A stretch of 64,000 nucleotides of DNA from the human T2T-CHM13v2.0 reference genome, Homo sapiens, in assembly GCF_009914755.1 (NCBI RefSeq), contig NC_060936.1. One strand, given 5' to 3'. The notes below the pieces were generated by a model that had not been told where the DNA came from, did no database searches, and worked only from the letters and a program-made list of their open reading frames with translations. Both the position numbers and the translations under genes were made by a program. This document shows positions 1 to 14,854 of this stretch, in pieces (the first letter of the stretch is position 1; every line of letters starts with the position of its first letter).

Positions 1-465
1 TATTGGGCCTAATTTGCTCAGTTTTGATTCCATTCCAGCAGTTTCACCTCAGTGCAAGGCCCTTTCCTGGAAGGGAGCTCCATCCTGGAGGAAGGCTCAT
101 AAGTGTTAGATTCCTAAGATTCCTCCATTTCCCACCACCAGCCCCCTTGTACTGCTGCCCATTGTTGGATTGGATAAACCTCCCAGTTTCAGTAGCTGTT
201 TCCAAATGGGCACACAGTGCTTTGTTTTTGATTCTCTCTGCCTTCCTCTGCACAGACACTGATACCACTCTGGTCTTGCAGCTGTTGGTGGTTTGTCCTC
301 ACTGGCTGATATTTGAGGTTTGTAAAGAAATGTAGTCCTCTAATTTCATTGTAAATGTTAGCCATGGAGTTTTGGTTTGCTATCTGATTACTTTGTCTGC
401 TTTAATGCAGGGATTCAGAGAGATAAAATATGTATGTATATCATGTCCACTGCCACCATCTTCTT
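1..465 (-). mobile_element. Probable ancient L1M/HAL1-type fragment
   Basis: Ends in gggattcagagag...ccactgccaccatcttc, resembling the antisense 5' region of old mammalian L1/HAL1 elements; from recall only. Confidence 0.35.
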
Positions 466-494
466 TTGAACACTAAGTATTTGCCAAGATTCTC

Positions 495-655
495 TTACAT
501 ATTGTCTCATTCAATTTTTACAACATCCAGGTGGGGTAGGAATAATTATCATTCTCATTTCACATAGAAGGAAACCCTGGCTCAGGAGGTCAAATAGCTT
601 TTGAAGTGCTAGAGCTGGGATTTGAACCAATGTCTGTGTGACTACTAAGTCTGCT
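495..655 (-). mobile_element. MIR SINE
   Basis: attctcatttcacatagaaggaaaccctggctcag...agagctgggatttgaacc matches the reverse complement of the MIR core. Confidence 0.8.
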
Positions 656-1064
656 AATCTTTATGTCAAAAATATTTTAAAATCAGTTCTTTAAAATTTA
701 AAATATATATTCCCATAGAATGTTTTCTAACCAAAATATTATAATCTATGGTTAAGAAAATACTAGTTTTTGAGCATGAGAATTTGGATGATTTTTTTCT
801 TTTGTTCACATCCTCAAATTTCTCTAATGAGTCTATATTAACTTAAAATGAAACATCCAATACACCTTATTTTAAAAATTAAAACAAGCAGGTTTGCAAA
901 GTTCCTTGGTGGGTCTTCAAAAGTTTATTTAATTCAAGATGTACTTGGAATACAGTATGTATACATGTGTGGATACTTATGCATACACAGACATTTGATT
1001 AAAGCAGCAAATCAAATCATACATCTATAAAAGTAATAGTAATAGCATAATTGTTAAGGTGCTT

Positions 1065-1292
1065 AATGATTAAAGATGTCAGTTCTGTGTTTAGACAGAC
1101 TGGAGTTTGAACACTGGGTCTTTGTCTTATTTGGTTACCTTGGATGAATTATTCAGCTCATTCAAGCTTCAGTTTCCTTATCTGTACAGTGGAATGACTT
1201 CATAGGATTGTCCTGGTCATAAAATGACATAATACATGTGGAACAAAGCACTTAAGGCAGTACTCAGCAATAATAAGCACTCACCAAATATG
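1065..1292 (+). mobile_element. MIR SINE
   Basis: cttcagtttccttatctgtacagtgg...cataggattgt...aagcactcaccaaat; MIR core and 3' part. Confidence 0.8.
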
Positions 1293-3069
1293 AATGGTTG
1301 TGAAACAAACAAACAAAAAAATTAGGCGTAGTGGAAATAAAGGGAGGATTGTAGCCATTCTGAAAAAAATTCTGTGTAATGTCAAGCCTGCAGAAATAGA
1401 TGGCTTTTTTGTTTGTATGCTTTGCAGAGGGGTGCGGGGATTTTTTTAACCAATTTATGAGAGATCAATAAGTGCCTTTAAAAAAATTTCACAACTGGGG
1501 GAAACGAGAGTTAAAGTAAGTAGCCTTAGAGTAGGTGGAGTAGGTGTTCCAGTGTGGAAGTGACAGCTCACACATCACATGACAGGCATGTATAGGTCAG
1601 ATACTTGTTGCAACTTGGAAATTGACTTCCTGTAGAGTTCTAGGGACAGATTGGAAATTGCCCTGCTGAGCCAGTATATACTTGACAGAAAACTTTGTCA
1701 GGTCTCCCCAGGAGCTGATTTGGAAGGCCATTTGTAACGCTGATAATTGTAAACAAATTGTACTGAAGTGGTAACTTGAAATATGTGTTGGTGCGAATTG
1801 TTAGACTATTCAACTGCAATGAGTTTAATTGGTTATAAGAATGTGGTTCTTCTTGGAAAGTGTAATACACACCTCTCCTCCCCCACGGAATTTGCTATTT
1901 TGTGATCATTGCTGTTGGGATAATAGAAGCATTTAATTTTATTGAGTGCAAATATGTGATTTGAAATGGATAAACAGGATTTCTCCCTTTCTAATTTTGG
2001 GCTATAATATCATTTGTTCAGTGATAAGATGCCTGTTAGCATCCAGAAGTGATATAGAGACCATTTTCCGTGTCCACAATGTGGGGAAGATAGAGAGGGT
2101 TAGGTATGGTGCATGTATTGCAAGAGGAATTCCCCGGTGTTGCAGGCAGTGTTGGCAGTTGAGATGTATTTCTGCTAGTTAGTGATTGCATTCGTGCACC
2201 TGCCTTCCCGGGCCTGGCTCCCCACCTGGGAAGTCTGGTAAGGCTGACAGACAATAAGCTTGGGTGACAACAACTGTACCATTGGCTCCAGTACATTGCT
2301 ATGAAGGGAAATCCTAAGGTGAAAAGAATCTGTTAGCTAACATGGGGACTAGAAAACCTCCTGCTAAAATGTGAGCTGTGATTCCCACTACACAGATGGT
2401 TTTCAGCTCCAAGAATCTAGAATGGATTCTCCTCAGGTTTCCAGTTTCTAGAGAAGGTAGATTTTTTTTTTTTCTGAACAACTAGATGTGTTTATTTTCT
2501 GATAGGTATTTTGTGACTCTTGAAACTAATAATGATTATCTCTTTGATTTGATCACTAGGGAGTCACATTTGTGGCTTATGTCAATAAATCTTATAGTAT
2601 CCCTAAAGACATGAGCTTTTATATAGTTATTTATCTGGAGAACAGAGATGCATCTCTCTCTATCTCTTCATTTTCCCTTCATTGTGATTTCCTCATCTAT
2701 CATTTATTCCCTAGTATATATACTTTTCTGTGAGGCATTTCAAGGCCTTTTTAAATCAAGTTAAATCAGTTCCACACCTAATAGTTTCCAAATCAGGTCA
2801 AGAAGAGGTACAGGGGGAGCCTAACTTTCCCTTTCATTGTTTTGGTCAGTAATTAATTAAACCTTCGCTAAGTAGAGAGGATGAAGTTGCTGGGAGTGTA
2901 TATGGTCTGTTCCACTTATTGTCTTTTGAGAAAAACTTTCTTGGCCACTTAATTGTTATAATCAGTAATTACAACTTTATTAAATAATTTGTAAAATCCT
3001 ATTCCTGAGTTATACATGTGCATGTGAAACAGTTTTTTAAAATGCTTTCTTGATCTAGTTTTGAGTCAC

Positions 3070-4289
<1,220 letters not shown>

Positions 4290-4708
4290 TCATGTTGGTA
4301 TTTTCTATTTCTGTTATTGTCAAATAATTTAAGAGATTTAAAATACAAAGTAATCTATACAAAGGACAAAATTGTAATATGTGTTTATCAAAAAGGTAAA
4401 TTAAAGTGTGTGTAAAAAGATTAAAGATTCCTTTTATCTATGCTTGCAACAAGTTATTTTCTCCCCAGTCAAGAGATTCTATTACAATTAAAAGGTAAAA
4501 TACAAATTATAGTAAATGAATATAACATTTAAAATTTTACAGAGATCACATTTATATAACTGACATTTTAAAGTTATTTTTAAAAAATCGAATTAAATGT
4601 TATGAAATATTTTTATAAAGAAAACTGTTCGAAATTCTAGAGTTCAGTATGCATCAGGTTGCCAGTGTAAAGAAACGATAACATGCTTCATGTATGTTAC
4701 ATCTAGCC

Positions 4709-4949
4709 CAGTGGTTTTGAACCAGTGGGGCAGTGGCAATTTTGTCCCTTAGGAGAGATTTGGCAATACCTAGAGATATTTTTGGTTGTCACAAGCATTG
4801 GGGAAAGAATGGCGAGCGGGGAGACGTTACTGGCATCTAGTGGATAGAAGCCAGGGATACTGGTCAATATCTTACAAAGCACAGAATAGCATCCACAACA
4901 AACAAAATAAATAACTTACAAATGTAAATAGGTTAGAGGTTGAGGAACA
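4709..4949. mobile_element. MER20 hAT-Charlie DNA transposon
   Basis: cagtggtttt...tttggcaat...tttttggttgtcacaa...tactggcatctagtgg...gaggttgaggaacac. Confidence 0.85.
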
Positions 4950-5404
4950 CACACATACACAAAGGTAAGAGTAATATGAAGATTGTAAGATGCTCCTCAG
5001 TCACCATGTGTGATAATTTCTTATATTGTACTGATTTGTGAGTAGCTCTGGAACCATGAATGGGAACACGAAGAAAATCAAGAAAAACATTTAGCATTTC
5101 TGGGAAACAATACTTCATTATGCAATAATCTATTGTGTTCATGCTACCTCAGAGGAAAGATATGACAAGTTAATTAATTTGTCTTGTCTCTTAAGTGCCT
5201 CTGCTACTGAAATCTTCCTCATACTCTAAAGCAGTGCTTATTCATTAGGAGTGCCACAACCCACAAACTTGTACAGCAACTGAATGAAGTTATGCTTTTT
5301 CTGGGAGACATGGGGCAAGAGATGAAGAGCATCTCTGGAAATATAAGTGTTGTGCCAACATTAGATCCTGAGGGACAGAGGCATGAATGCAGTCTTCAAT
5401 GCCT

Positions 5405-5450
5405 CTGTGTGTGTGTGTGTTTGCCTGTGTATGTGTGCACGTGCACATAT
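5405..5450. repeat. (TG)n-like microsatellite
   Basis: tgtgtgtgtgtgtgt...gtgtatgtgtgcacgtgcacatat. Confidence 0.8.
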
Positions 5451-6382
5451 GCTATGCAGACCCCCTAAAGCACTGGCCCAGCACAGAGGCCTCTTGTGTT
5501 CAGATCTAAGGACAGTTCTGTCACAAATATTTTTTAAATGTGAGAAATCTGAGACCTTGGATTTTCAGCTTGAAACCAGAAGGTGTTTAGCTGGGAATGA
5601 AGTCAGGAAATCAGCGAAGCCCACTGTAATACTAGATTTCCCTTTACATTTATATTTGAATATTGTAATAAAGGACAAGCGTTTCTGTATGTCTGAAGGA
5701 CTCTTGATGAAAGGACAGTGGGTGCATAGACGAGTCCCAGGTAGTTGTTTGTGCCTAGAGCAAGATTAGAGGTGAAAGAGTGGTTGTGGGTGAGGCCGGG
5801 GGGCACAGGGGCCCTTGATCCTGAAGCTGCCTTTGCTTGATTCTACCCAGGGGATTGTAAGGGAAAGAAAAGTTCAGTTTAAACACTTTCACTATGCAGG
5901 ATCTTATTTCCCTCCCTCACTCCAATTTCCCTGGTTCATTTTCTCTTAATTGGTCCTGATTGGAAGTCATCATAAATCAGAATAATTTCTCTTTCATGCT
6001 CTTCAGATTTTAACTTATGAAAAAAAGTCTTTAGCTGGAAATGTCCGTAAAAAATGAATGTCAGTGGTTTCATCTCTAACAGGGAGAAAATGAAACTCAA
6101 GACATTTTGGAGTCACAGTCAAACTACCTCAGTATGATTGTGAATTGATTTATACAGGGCCTTAAGAAACTTCATGTCCTTTTTGGAATGTACTAAGCAG
6201 GAATCACTCTTTCACAAATCCAGAAATTATAGCCACCCGTGAAGTTAAATGCTATATCTGTCTTAGCCTGGGTCTGTACTAGGCTGATAATTTACTTCAA
6301 GACTCAAAAAGGCAATTTGACTCTGCTGTCTAGTTCTCAAAATGACTTATTCAATACTGAGTATTTAGATAAAGGCTGAAGA

Positions 6383-6500
6383 TTTCTTTCCTCCCTCCCT
6401 TTCTGTTTTCCTCCCTTTCCCTTCTTTCCTCCTTTCCTCTCTTTCTTCCTCCCTTCCTTCCTTCCTTTCCCCTCCCTTCTCTCCTTCTTTCTTTCCATTT
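6383..6500. repeat. CT-rich low-complexity tract
   Basis: About 115 nt that is almost purely C/T. Confidence 0.9.
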
Positions 6501-7124
6501 TTTAACCCACATGCTGTGGGTGACAGTCTGGTGACAGCCTGCTATCATCAGCAGGAGCAGTGTGGGAAATATCAATTTATATATGGATAGAGGTTATACA
6601 TGTTCCCTTAGCTCCAAGGTTGCAAATGAGAACAATCTGCTTTCTAGTAATTTCTAGTCATTATTTGCATAATTTAAAATCTGACATATTAAAGACATTT
6701 ATGCACCAGTATTTATGAGTTGGCTAGGTATCAACTACCAAATCTAGAATGTAGAGATTGAGAAGGGTATGTGTAAGTTACTTCATTTTGAAAAAGCCAC
6801 AGAATTTATCTCTTCCATTTACTTCCTCAACTAGTAGAGCCTGGGCATGAGACTCAGAGAAAGACATTTTAGTGAAACAAGTCCAGGAACCCAACTTAAA
6901 TCATAGGCTAGTAGTCTATTTTTTGGAGCAATTTTTTAATTTTAAAAACTCACACTGTTGGTGCTGTATAGGTCAGCCAGGAAAACTCAGGTTAAGAGAG
7001 TGGAACATTTATCTTGGAATTATGTCTCACTCCCTTATAGTTCAATGGAGACACTTTCTATTAGAACTCCTAGCGTGCCATCATCTCAGTAAGGCCAACA
7101 GGAAGGCTGCCTTACATCGTTTTT

Positions 7125-7230
7125 CACTTCATGGCTGTATGACCTTGAACAAGTCCTGAGCTTCACTTTATCTATTCATTAAATAGAGACAAAAACTGCC
7201 CTTCTTGCTTTGCAGAGTTGGGAAGCCTAA
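7125..7230 (+). mobile_element. MIR fragment
   Basis: ggctgtatgaccttgaacaagtc...cttcacttta. Confidence 0.55.
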
Positions 7231-7625
7231 AAGTGGTCAATACCAGCTGTAGTCCCGATGAGATACCCAAAGTTTTATACGTGATGTCAGGCAGCGGCAT
7301 GATAACAAACATCAGTGGTTGTGAAGAACAATGAAGACAGGATGGTTGTCTTTTTCTGGAGAGCAAAGTGTGCAGGACAGACTCCCGAGGATTAGGCAAG
7401 TGGAGCAGGAAAGGGGCACTATAAAAGGAGGCCTAAAAAGGTGAAATTAAAGTTTCTTGTACTTCAAAGGTTGCTGGGGCTTCGTCTAGCATTTAATCAT
7501 TCCTCTCACCTGACAAGGCTAGTTACACCTCATTTATTGAAGGAAAAACAGATTTTAGAGTGTTGAGATTTGGGGAGTGGCACCTACATGAGATGCAGAA
7601 ATATTTTCTCTTGCAGGATGAATAA

Positions 7626-8007
<382 letters not shown>

Positions 8008-8419
8008 ACATTCATGTCTGGAATAGGATTTCCCATTCTACTTATTGAGCTAAAGTAATTGTGCCCATAGGATACTTTTCTGCCTATTTTCTATGTCTTT
8101 TTTTCATGTATGTGAGGTGGTCGTAGAGACAGATGGACAGAGAATGAAAGGGAGGGGGCAGAGAAAGAAGGGGAGGAAAGGAGTGAAAGGACAAGAGCAT
8201 ACATTGAGCACCTGCTGTGTGTCAAACACTGCATCAGGCATTTTACATTTTAGGAAATTAAACCATGCAGTGTGGCACATTCTTTGCCTATTCCAATGAT
8301 TAGTGGACATTTGAGATTAATTGATTGTTTTCAGATTAAGTGACAATAACTAAAAAATTACTTTCTATCTCTTTGAGCAAGGTGGCACCTTTGAATGAGG
8401 AAAGAGAATTCCTCCTTGC

Positions 8420-8487
8420 TCGCGCCACCGCACTCCAGCCTGGGCAACAGAGCAAGACTCCGTCTCAAAAAAAAAAAAAAAAAAAAA
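8420..8487 (+). mobile_element. Severely 5'-truncated Alu (47-nt body plus pure A tail)
   Basis: tcgcgccaccgcactccagcctgggcaacagagcaagactccgtctc then an A run; perfect 15-bp TSD agaattcctccttgc at 8405-8419 and 8488-8502. Confidence 0.95.
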
Positions 8488-9309
8488 AGAATTCCTCCTT
8501 GCCTTGCCAAATAGACAAGATATACTCCTGTACTCTTAAGCCAGAGTTTTGTACTGTACAGTTTAGCCCAGCAGTCAAGTATTCTATGCTCCGACAGAAT
8601 GCTGAAGTCCTGATGAAGCTACTCACCAACTTTTGAGAGTTTTTCTGTGTTTCCTGAGGAGCAGTAAGTTTAGTGATAAGAGATAGATGAATAAATCCTA
8701 GAGACCAATTAACAGGCTAGATGCACCTTATCTAACCAGACTGTGACATTCACACAAAAGCTTTCCTTGAGTGCCTGACTAGAAGGGGTTTTATAGAGAA
8801 CACAGATGCTTAAAATGGGCACTTGCTTTTTAAGATGAATACACTGGGATTCCAGTTCTGGATTTTTGCTGGGTTGATAAAATATTTGCTTTTTTTTTTG
8901 GTTTTGTTTTTGAGAGTCTCATCTTTGGTCTAAAGGGAGTCGAAGTCTTCAGGGAAATCTTACTTTTATTCACATTTTAGATAGGCTTTCAGTTGACTCT
9001 ATTGGCCTGCTGGAATTCATAGACTAAGGAGAAAAATGAAAGAGAAAAAGAGGGATCAAGCTGAATTTGACGGTCCACAGGATATTTCCATAAGCATGGT
9101 GGGGTGCTTTTGTGGGGTGATTCCCATGGTCTGTTACTGATAAGACCAACTCTCTGGATAGAAAGTCCTAAATCTCCCCTTCTTGTATGAGGGCAAAGTA
9201 CATCTGTCAAGGCAATAGAGTTCTGGAACAGTGGTTATTCTGACTTTCCATCTCTCTTTTAATTTAAAGGACTCCCCTGACCCTACCATTAACTAAGATA
9301 AAAAATACA

Positions 9310-9540
9310 AGAGATGTAACAGGTTGGGGGAGGGACATGAAAAATGAATTTTATTTGGAAATGTTGAAATGGAAGTGCTTCACACAGAGATAACTAATAG
9401 ATGGGTTCAGAAATAGTTCTGAAACTCAGAAAAGAGATATGGGCTGAACATGGCTCATTCAGGCCTAGATGGTGGTTGAGATTTAAATGAGATTTCCTAG
9501 GGACAATGGTTCATAAGGTGAGTGTGGAGGGAACATCAAG
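9310..9540 (-). mobile_element. L2 LINE fragment
   Basis: ttggaaatgttgaaatggaagtgc...ctgaaactcagaaaagagatatgggctg...atgagatttcctaggg. Confidence 0.6.
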
Positions 9541-10365
9541 GTCTTGTGGCAATGACGGCAGAAGAAAATCAGTACATAAAAATTACCACCAGGACACATG
9601 ATACCCAACTGAAATGGAGATAGAAACCATCTGTTGGTCTAAACCATGATGATAAAATTGTAGCTATCTTCATAAATTATACTCTGAGATAGATGGTGGT
9701 GGTTGGTGGTAAAACAGGTATCTTTCAGAGTGCAAGATTTCATAGAGGTTTGCATGTGAGGGCATCAGGGGACCAGAGCATGGGAGAATGAGAGAGGTAG
9801 AGACAAATATGTTTAAAGGGAGGGAAAAATGTATGTGTGGGTATGTATGAGTGTGTGTAGGCAAAAGTGAGCTGCAGAATATTCAGTGAATATCGCTTTG
9901 CATTTAGCAACCATTTATAAAACTACTATTATGTATAGAAATATACATAATATATATATTCCAGTGGTAACTGATGTGTATACTTGAGTCTTTGGCCACA
10001 AGCATCATCCACATAGTAAAAATTTACTATTAAGTTTAAAATTATACCTCCAACATTCATGTCTGTCAGCAATGTGCACTTACAATTTCAAAAATTCAGA
10101 ATAAGAGGGTGCTTATCCTTCTTTGGGTTAATTTATTTTAAAGCTTGTTCATCAAACATTTATGAACTTCATTTCTTGCCACATATTTACTGAAATATGT
10201 ACAGGGTCAGGGAAAATTACTTCCTCCTCTTGCTGGGCAACAGGGTCGCAGAGCAAAGCAGTGCCTGGACATGGAGGTGAGAAGTGTGGTGCTGCCTCTT
10301 GTAGGTCCAGCATGTCTCTTATCAGGTAGATCTCAGGAAGACCAGCTCTAGGGGCAAAAGGGCAC

Positions 10366-10727
10366 TGATATGGTTTGGCTATGTCCCTACCCAAATCATA
10401 CCTTGAATTGTAGCTCCTATAATTCCCATGTGTCATGGGAGGGACCTGGTGGAAGGTAATTGAATCATGGTGGTGGATCTTTCCCATGCTGTTCGCATGA
10501 TGGTAAATAAGTCTCATGAGATCTGATGGTTTTATATATGGGAGTTCCCCTGCACATGCTCTCTTGCTTGCTGCCATGTAAGACGTGACTTTGCTTCTCA
10601 TTCACATTCCGCCATGACTGTGAGGCCTCCTACAGCCATGTGGAAATGTGAGTCAATTCAACCTCTTTCCTTTACAAATTACCCAGTGTGTCTTGGGTAT
10701 GTCTTTATTAGCAATGGGAAAACTGCA
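10366..10727 (+). mobile_element. THE1 (THE1C-like) MaLR solo LTR
   Basis: tgatatggtttggctatgtccctacccaaatc...gtctcatgagatctgatgg...aattacccag; perfect 5-bp TSD ggcac at 10361-10365 and 10728-10732. Confidence 0.92.
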
Positions 10728-10902
10728 GGCACCTTGATCTTTAGGCAACTGTATGATCTGAACAAAAGCAGCCTATATAAGCTTTAGTCCCAGCATATCA
10801 AAAATAACAGGTCTAAAACCTAATCCTTCATCTATCCTCCTTCCAAGAAACTTCTCCTCCTGCATTTGATTCTCTTGTGACAGCATCATCATCCCCTCAG
10901 TA

Positions 10903-11040
10903 AGTGTTTTCCTATGTACTTTCTAAATTGTGACCCATGAGTGGGTTATGAAATCAATGCAGGGAGTCATGATCAGCATTAAAAAACAACAATGAAATAG
11001 AAAATATCAGAGTGCACTACACATGGTAAGACTAAATATA
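10903..11040. mobile_element. hAT-Charlie-type DNA transposon fragment
   Basis: gtgggttatgaaatcaat...gatcagcattaaaaa...gaaaatatcagagtgca; subfamily not assigned. Confidence 0.5.
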
Positions 11041-11166
11041 TAGGCCCTGCATGGTGCTGAGGCTTGGGCAGTGGGAAGGGTTTGGAGGGGTTGGAGGTTG
11101 GGGGGCAGCATTTAATCCTTGATGTTGTCTCTCAAAGGCAATGTATGTTAAACATCCATCACCCCA

Positions 11167-11630
11167 TGTTCTAGATTGAATTGTGTCCCCCAAAAAGATA
11201 TGTTAAAGTCTTAATCCCTGGTACCTGCGAATGTGATCTGATCTGGAGATAGGGCCTTTGCAGTTGTAGTCAAGTTAAGATGAAGTCGTACTGGATTAGG
11301 ATGTGCCCCAAATCCAGTGAATCATGTCTTTATGAGAAAGAGATTTGAAGACAAAGGAGAAACAAGGAAGAAGGCCGTGTGAAGATGGAGGCAGAGACTG
11401 GAGGGATGCATCTGCAAGCCCAAGGATGCTGAGGTTTGCCAGCAAGCACTGGGAGCTAGAGAGAGAGGCTTGGAGCAGATCCTTTCCTATGGGCTTTTGA
11501 CGGTGAATGGCCTGCCCACACCTTGATTTTGGACGTCTGGCCTCCAGAACTGTGAGAGAGTAAGTTTCTGTTGTTTTAAGCCACCTAGTTTGTGGTATTT
11601 TCTTATGGCATCCCTCAGAAAGTAGTCTAC
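11167..11630 (+). mobile_element. MLT1C MaLR solo LTR
   Basis: tgttctagattgaattgtgtcccccaaaa...gaagatggaggcagagactggag...ctccagaactgtgaga...aagccacctagtttgtggta. Confidence 0.9.
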
Positions 11631-12431
11631 CCTTAATCCATATGGCCCCTTTAGGCCTCTGCTGGTGCCATGCCTTGCTAGGGAGGGCATCTTTCTGGTT
11701 CCCTGTGGCTCCATGTACAGTCACTATACAGGGGCTCACTGTGTCTCTTCTCTCCTTTGTGTTTTACTTCATTTTGGGGAAGTTATTAAAAAACAATATT
11801 CTGCCATGTAATTAACACACTTTTCTATCGTCTATGATTTACCTATTTCCTGAGGAGAGAGACTTTGTCTTTTTGAGTTCTTATCTGTAATGCCCAACCC
11901 TCATGTGTATTTAATGCCTGAGTCTTGTTGACAATGTGTCTGAAGGAGGGAATAATGAACAAAGGTTCTCAAACATCTGTGTCAACACCCTGTGCAATGC
12001 CAGCATTTCTGGCAACACACTTAAAGGAATTAAAACATAAAAAGTTGTTTAAATAAACACATTGGAAAAACTGAGGAAAAAAACATTCATTGTTATAACA
12101 CTAATCATTTGCTGCCATTCAGGAATGTTTACTGTGCTGGCCATGTTTTTAAAATTAATTTATGAGGTAAATTTCTGAGAATTTTAATGATCACATACCA
12201 TGAGATTACAAACACACTCAAACTACAGTCGGATGTGCAAAGAGAATGTAGATTCTTAATTTTTCAATAATTATCTGATCTTCTTCACAAGCTTTCCCCT
12301 GTTAGATACTGGAAGAAAAAAATAGCTATATTTTAATCTTGTGTTGAAATAGTCTCTTTACATAAAGAGTCCTCTGTTTAGAGGACTCAAATAAAATGCT
12401 CAGTTTTTTGAAATTTCTTCTCTATGCCTAT

Positions 12432-13218
<787 letters not shown>

Positions 13219-14197
13219 GGCCCACCTATCTTTTATTTAAGATTTCATTGAGGTGCATGAAGGAGAGTAATGACTTACCTGACCATGGGTCTCTGTTTTT
13301 TGCTGGTCTCTGCTGAGGAATGGGTATTTTAAGTTGCTTTTAGGAGTGATAGCTGAAGTATACAACTCATTCTATCCTTGTTCTAATCATGTCCACTGCC
13401 AAAAGGTGATACTGGCATACTTGTAATCCATTCTCTCTCTGCTTGGTCAATTCTCAACTAACTTTTTTGTTTTCCTTTTGAAGCATGTGGGAAATTTGCA
13501 GTCCAATTTCTCAATCCCATCCCCACCATCAGAGACTGAGGGCTCTCAGGAGAGCTGAATTCTGGCTTTCCCTCTGTCTAAACATGACGAGCCATTAAGA
13601 TTCCATTACTGTAGCCACTCCTACATAAGGGGTGGCATTCTCTCAGTGTATCCCTGTTTTCACATGACTATGTACTTATAAGGATACCAGTCACATTGGA
13701 TTAATGTAATCCCATAAGCAGCCTCTTCCCAGAGGCATAAACAGGAGGCAGAGTAAAAACCTTTCTGCTTTTGAGCTTTTCCATACCTAACTGTGGGTCT
13801 CTGCTTCCCACGCCATCTACTTCCACAAGATTGGCCTGAGATGAGGTAAGAGGAAGAAAATAATAATAAAAGACTATGACATCTGCCTTCCTTTCCTATC
13901 TCTGTCTTCCATCTTCTTTCCACAATCTCTTGTGCTAAAAGGTGTAGGCCTTTTTTTTTCCCCTCTGTGTCAAACTGACCTTATACATCAGGGCAATAAA
14001 CCTTATTGCCAGATCATCGTGGAAGAAAATGTATGCCCTTTTCAGTTAGAAATAAATTATGATGTGAGTCTTCTAGAAATGGGTTTTGATATGAGAACCT
14101 GAAGATGTCTTTGAATTAGGAATAACCAAAGACAACCAAATATATTGGTTTAATATCACAGAAAATATTATCTTACTCACATGCTAATAGCTTGGAT

Positions 14198-14440
14198 TAT
14201 AGTGTGTTAATTAAGAGAATAGGCTTTGGGGTGAGACTACCTGGGTTCAAATCCCAGTTCATCACTCAGTGTTTGCAATTGGGAAAGTTACTTAATCTTT
14301 ATGAGTCACTGTTTCCTGGTCTTGAAAATAGGAATAATAACAATAACTCATTTGAGAGTTACTGTGAGGATTCAAAGAGGTAACAAAATTTTCCAAGAGC
14401 ACTTGACACATAATGACTGCTCAGTAAATGTTGGTCAATG
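14198..14440 (+). mobile_element. MIR SINE, near full length
   Basis: ctgggttcaaatcccag...gggaaagttacttaatc...gtgaggattca...gctcagtaaatgtt. Confidence 0.85.
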
Positions 14441-14476
14441 TTTCTAGTAGTATTTATTTTTTATTGCCTACTTTGA

Positions 14477-14854
<378 letters not shown>

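Noticed and set aside
2644-2657. 14-bp palindrome AGAGATGCATCTCT
   Set aside because: A few palindromes of this length are expected by chance in 64 kb
10152-10601. Longest ORF (149 aa)
   Set aside because: About half is the antisense of the THE1 LTR, running on into unrelated flank
11296-11739. 147-aa ORF
   Set aside because: Mostly antisense MLT1C LTR sequence
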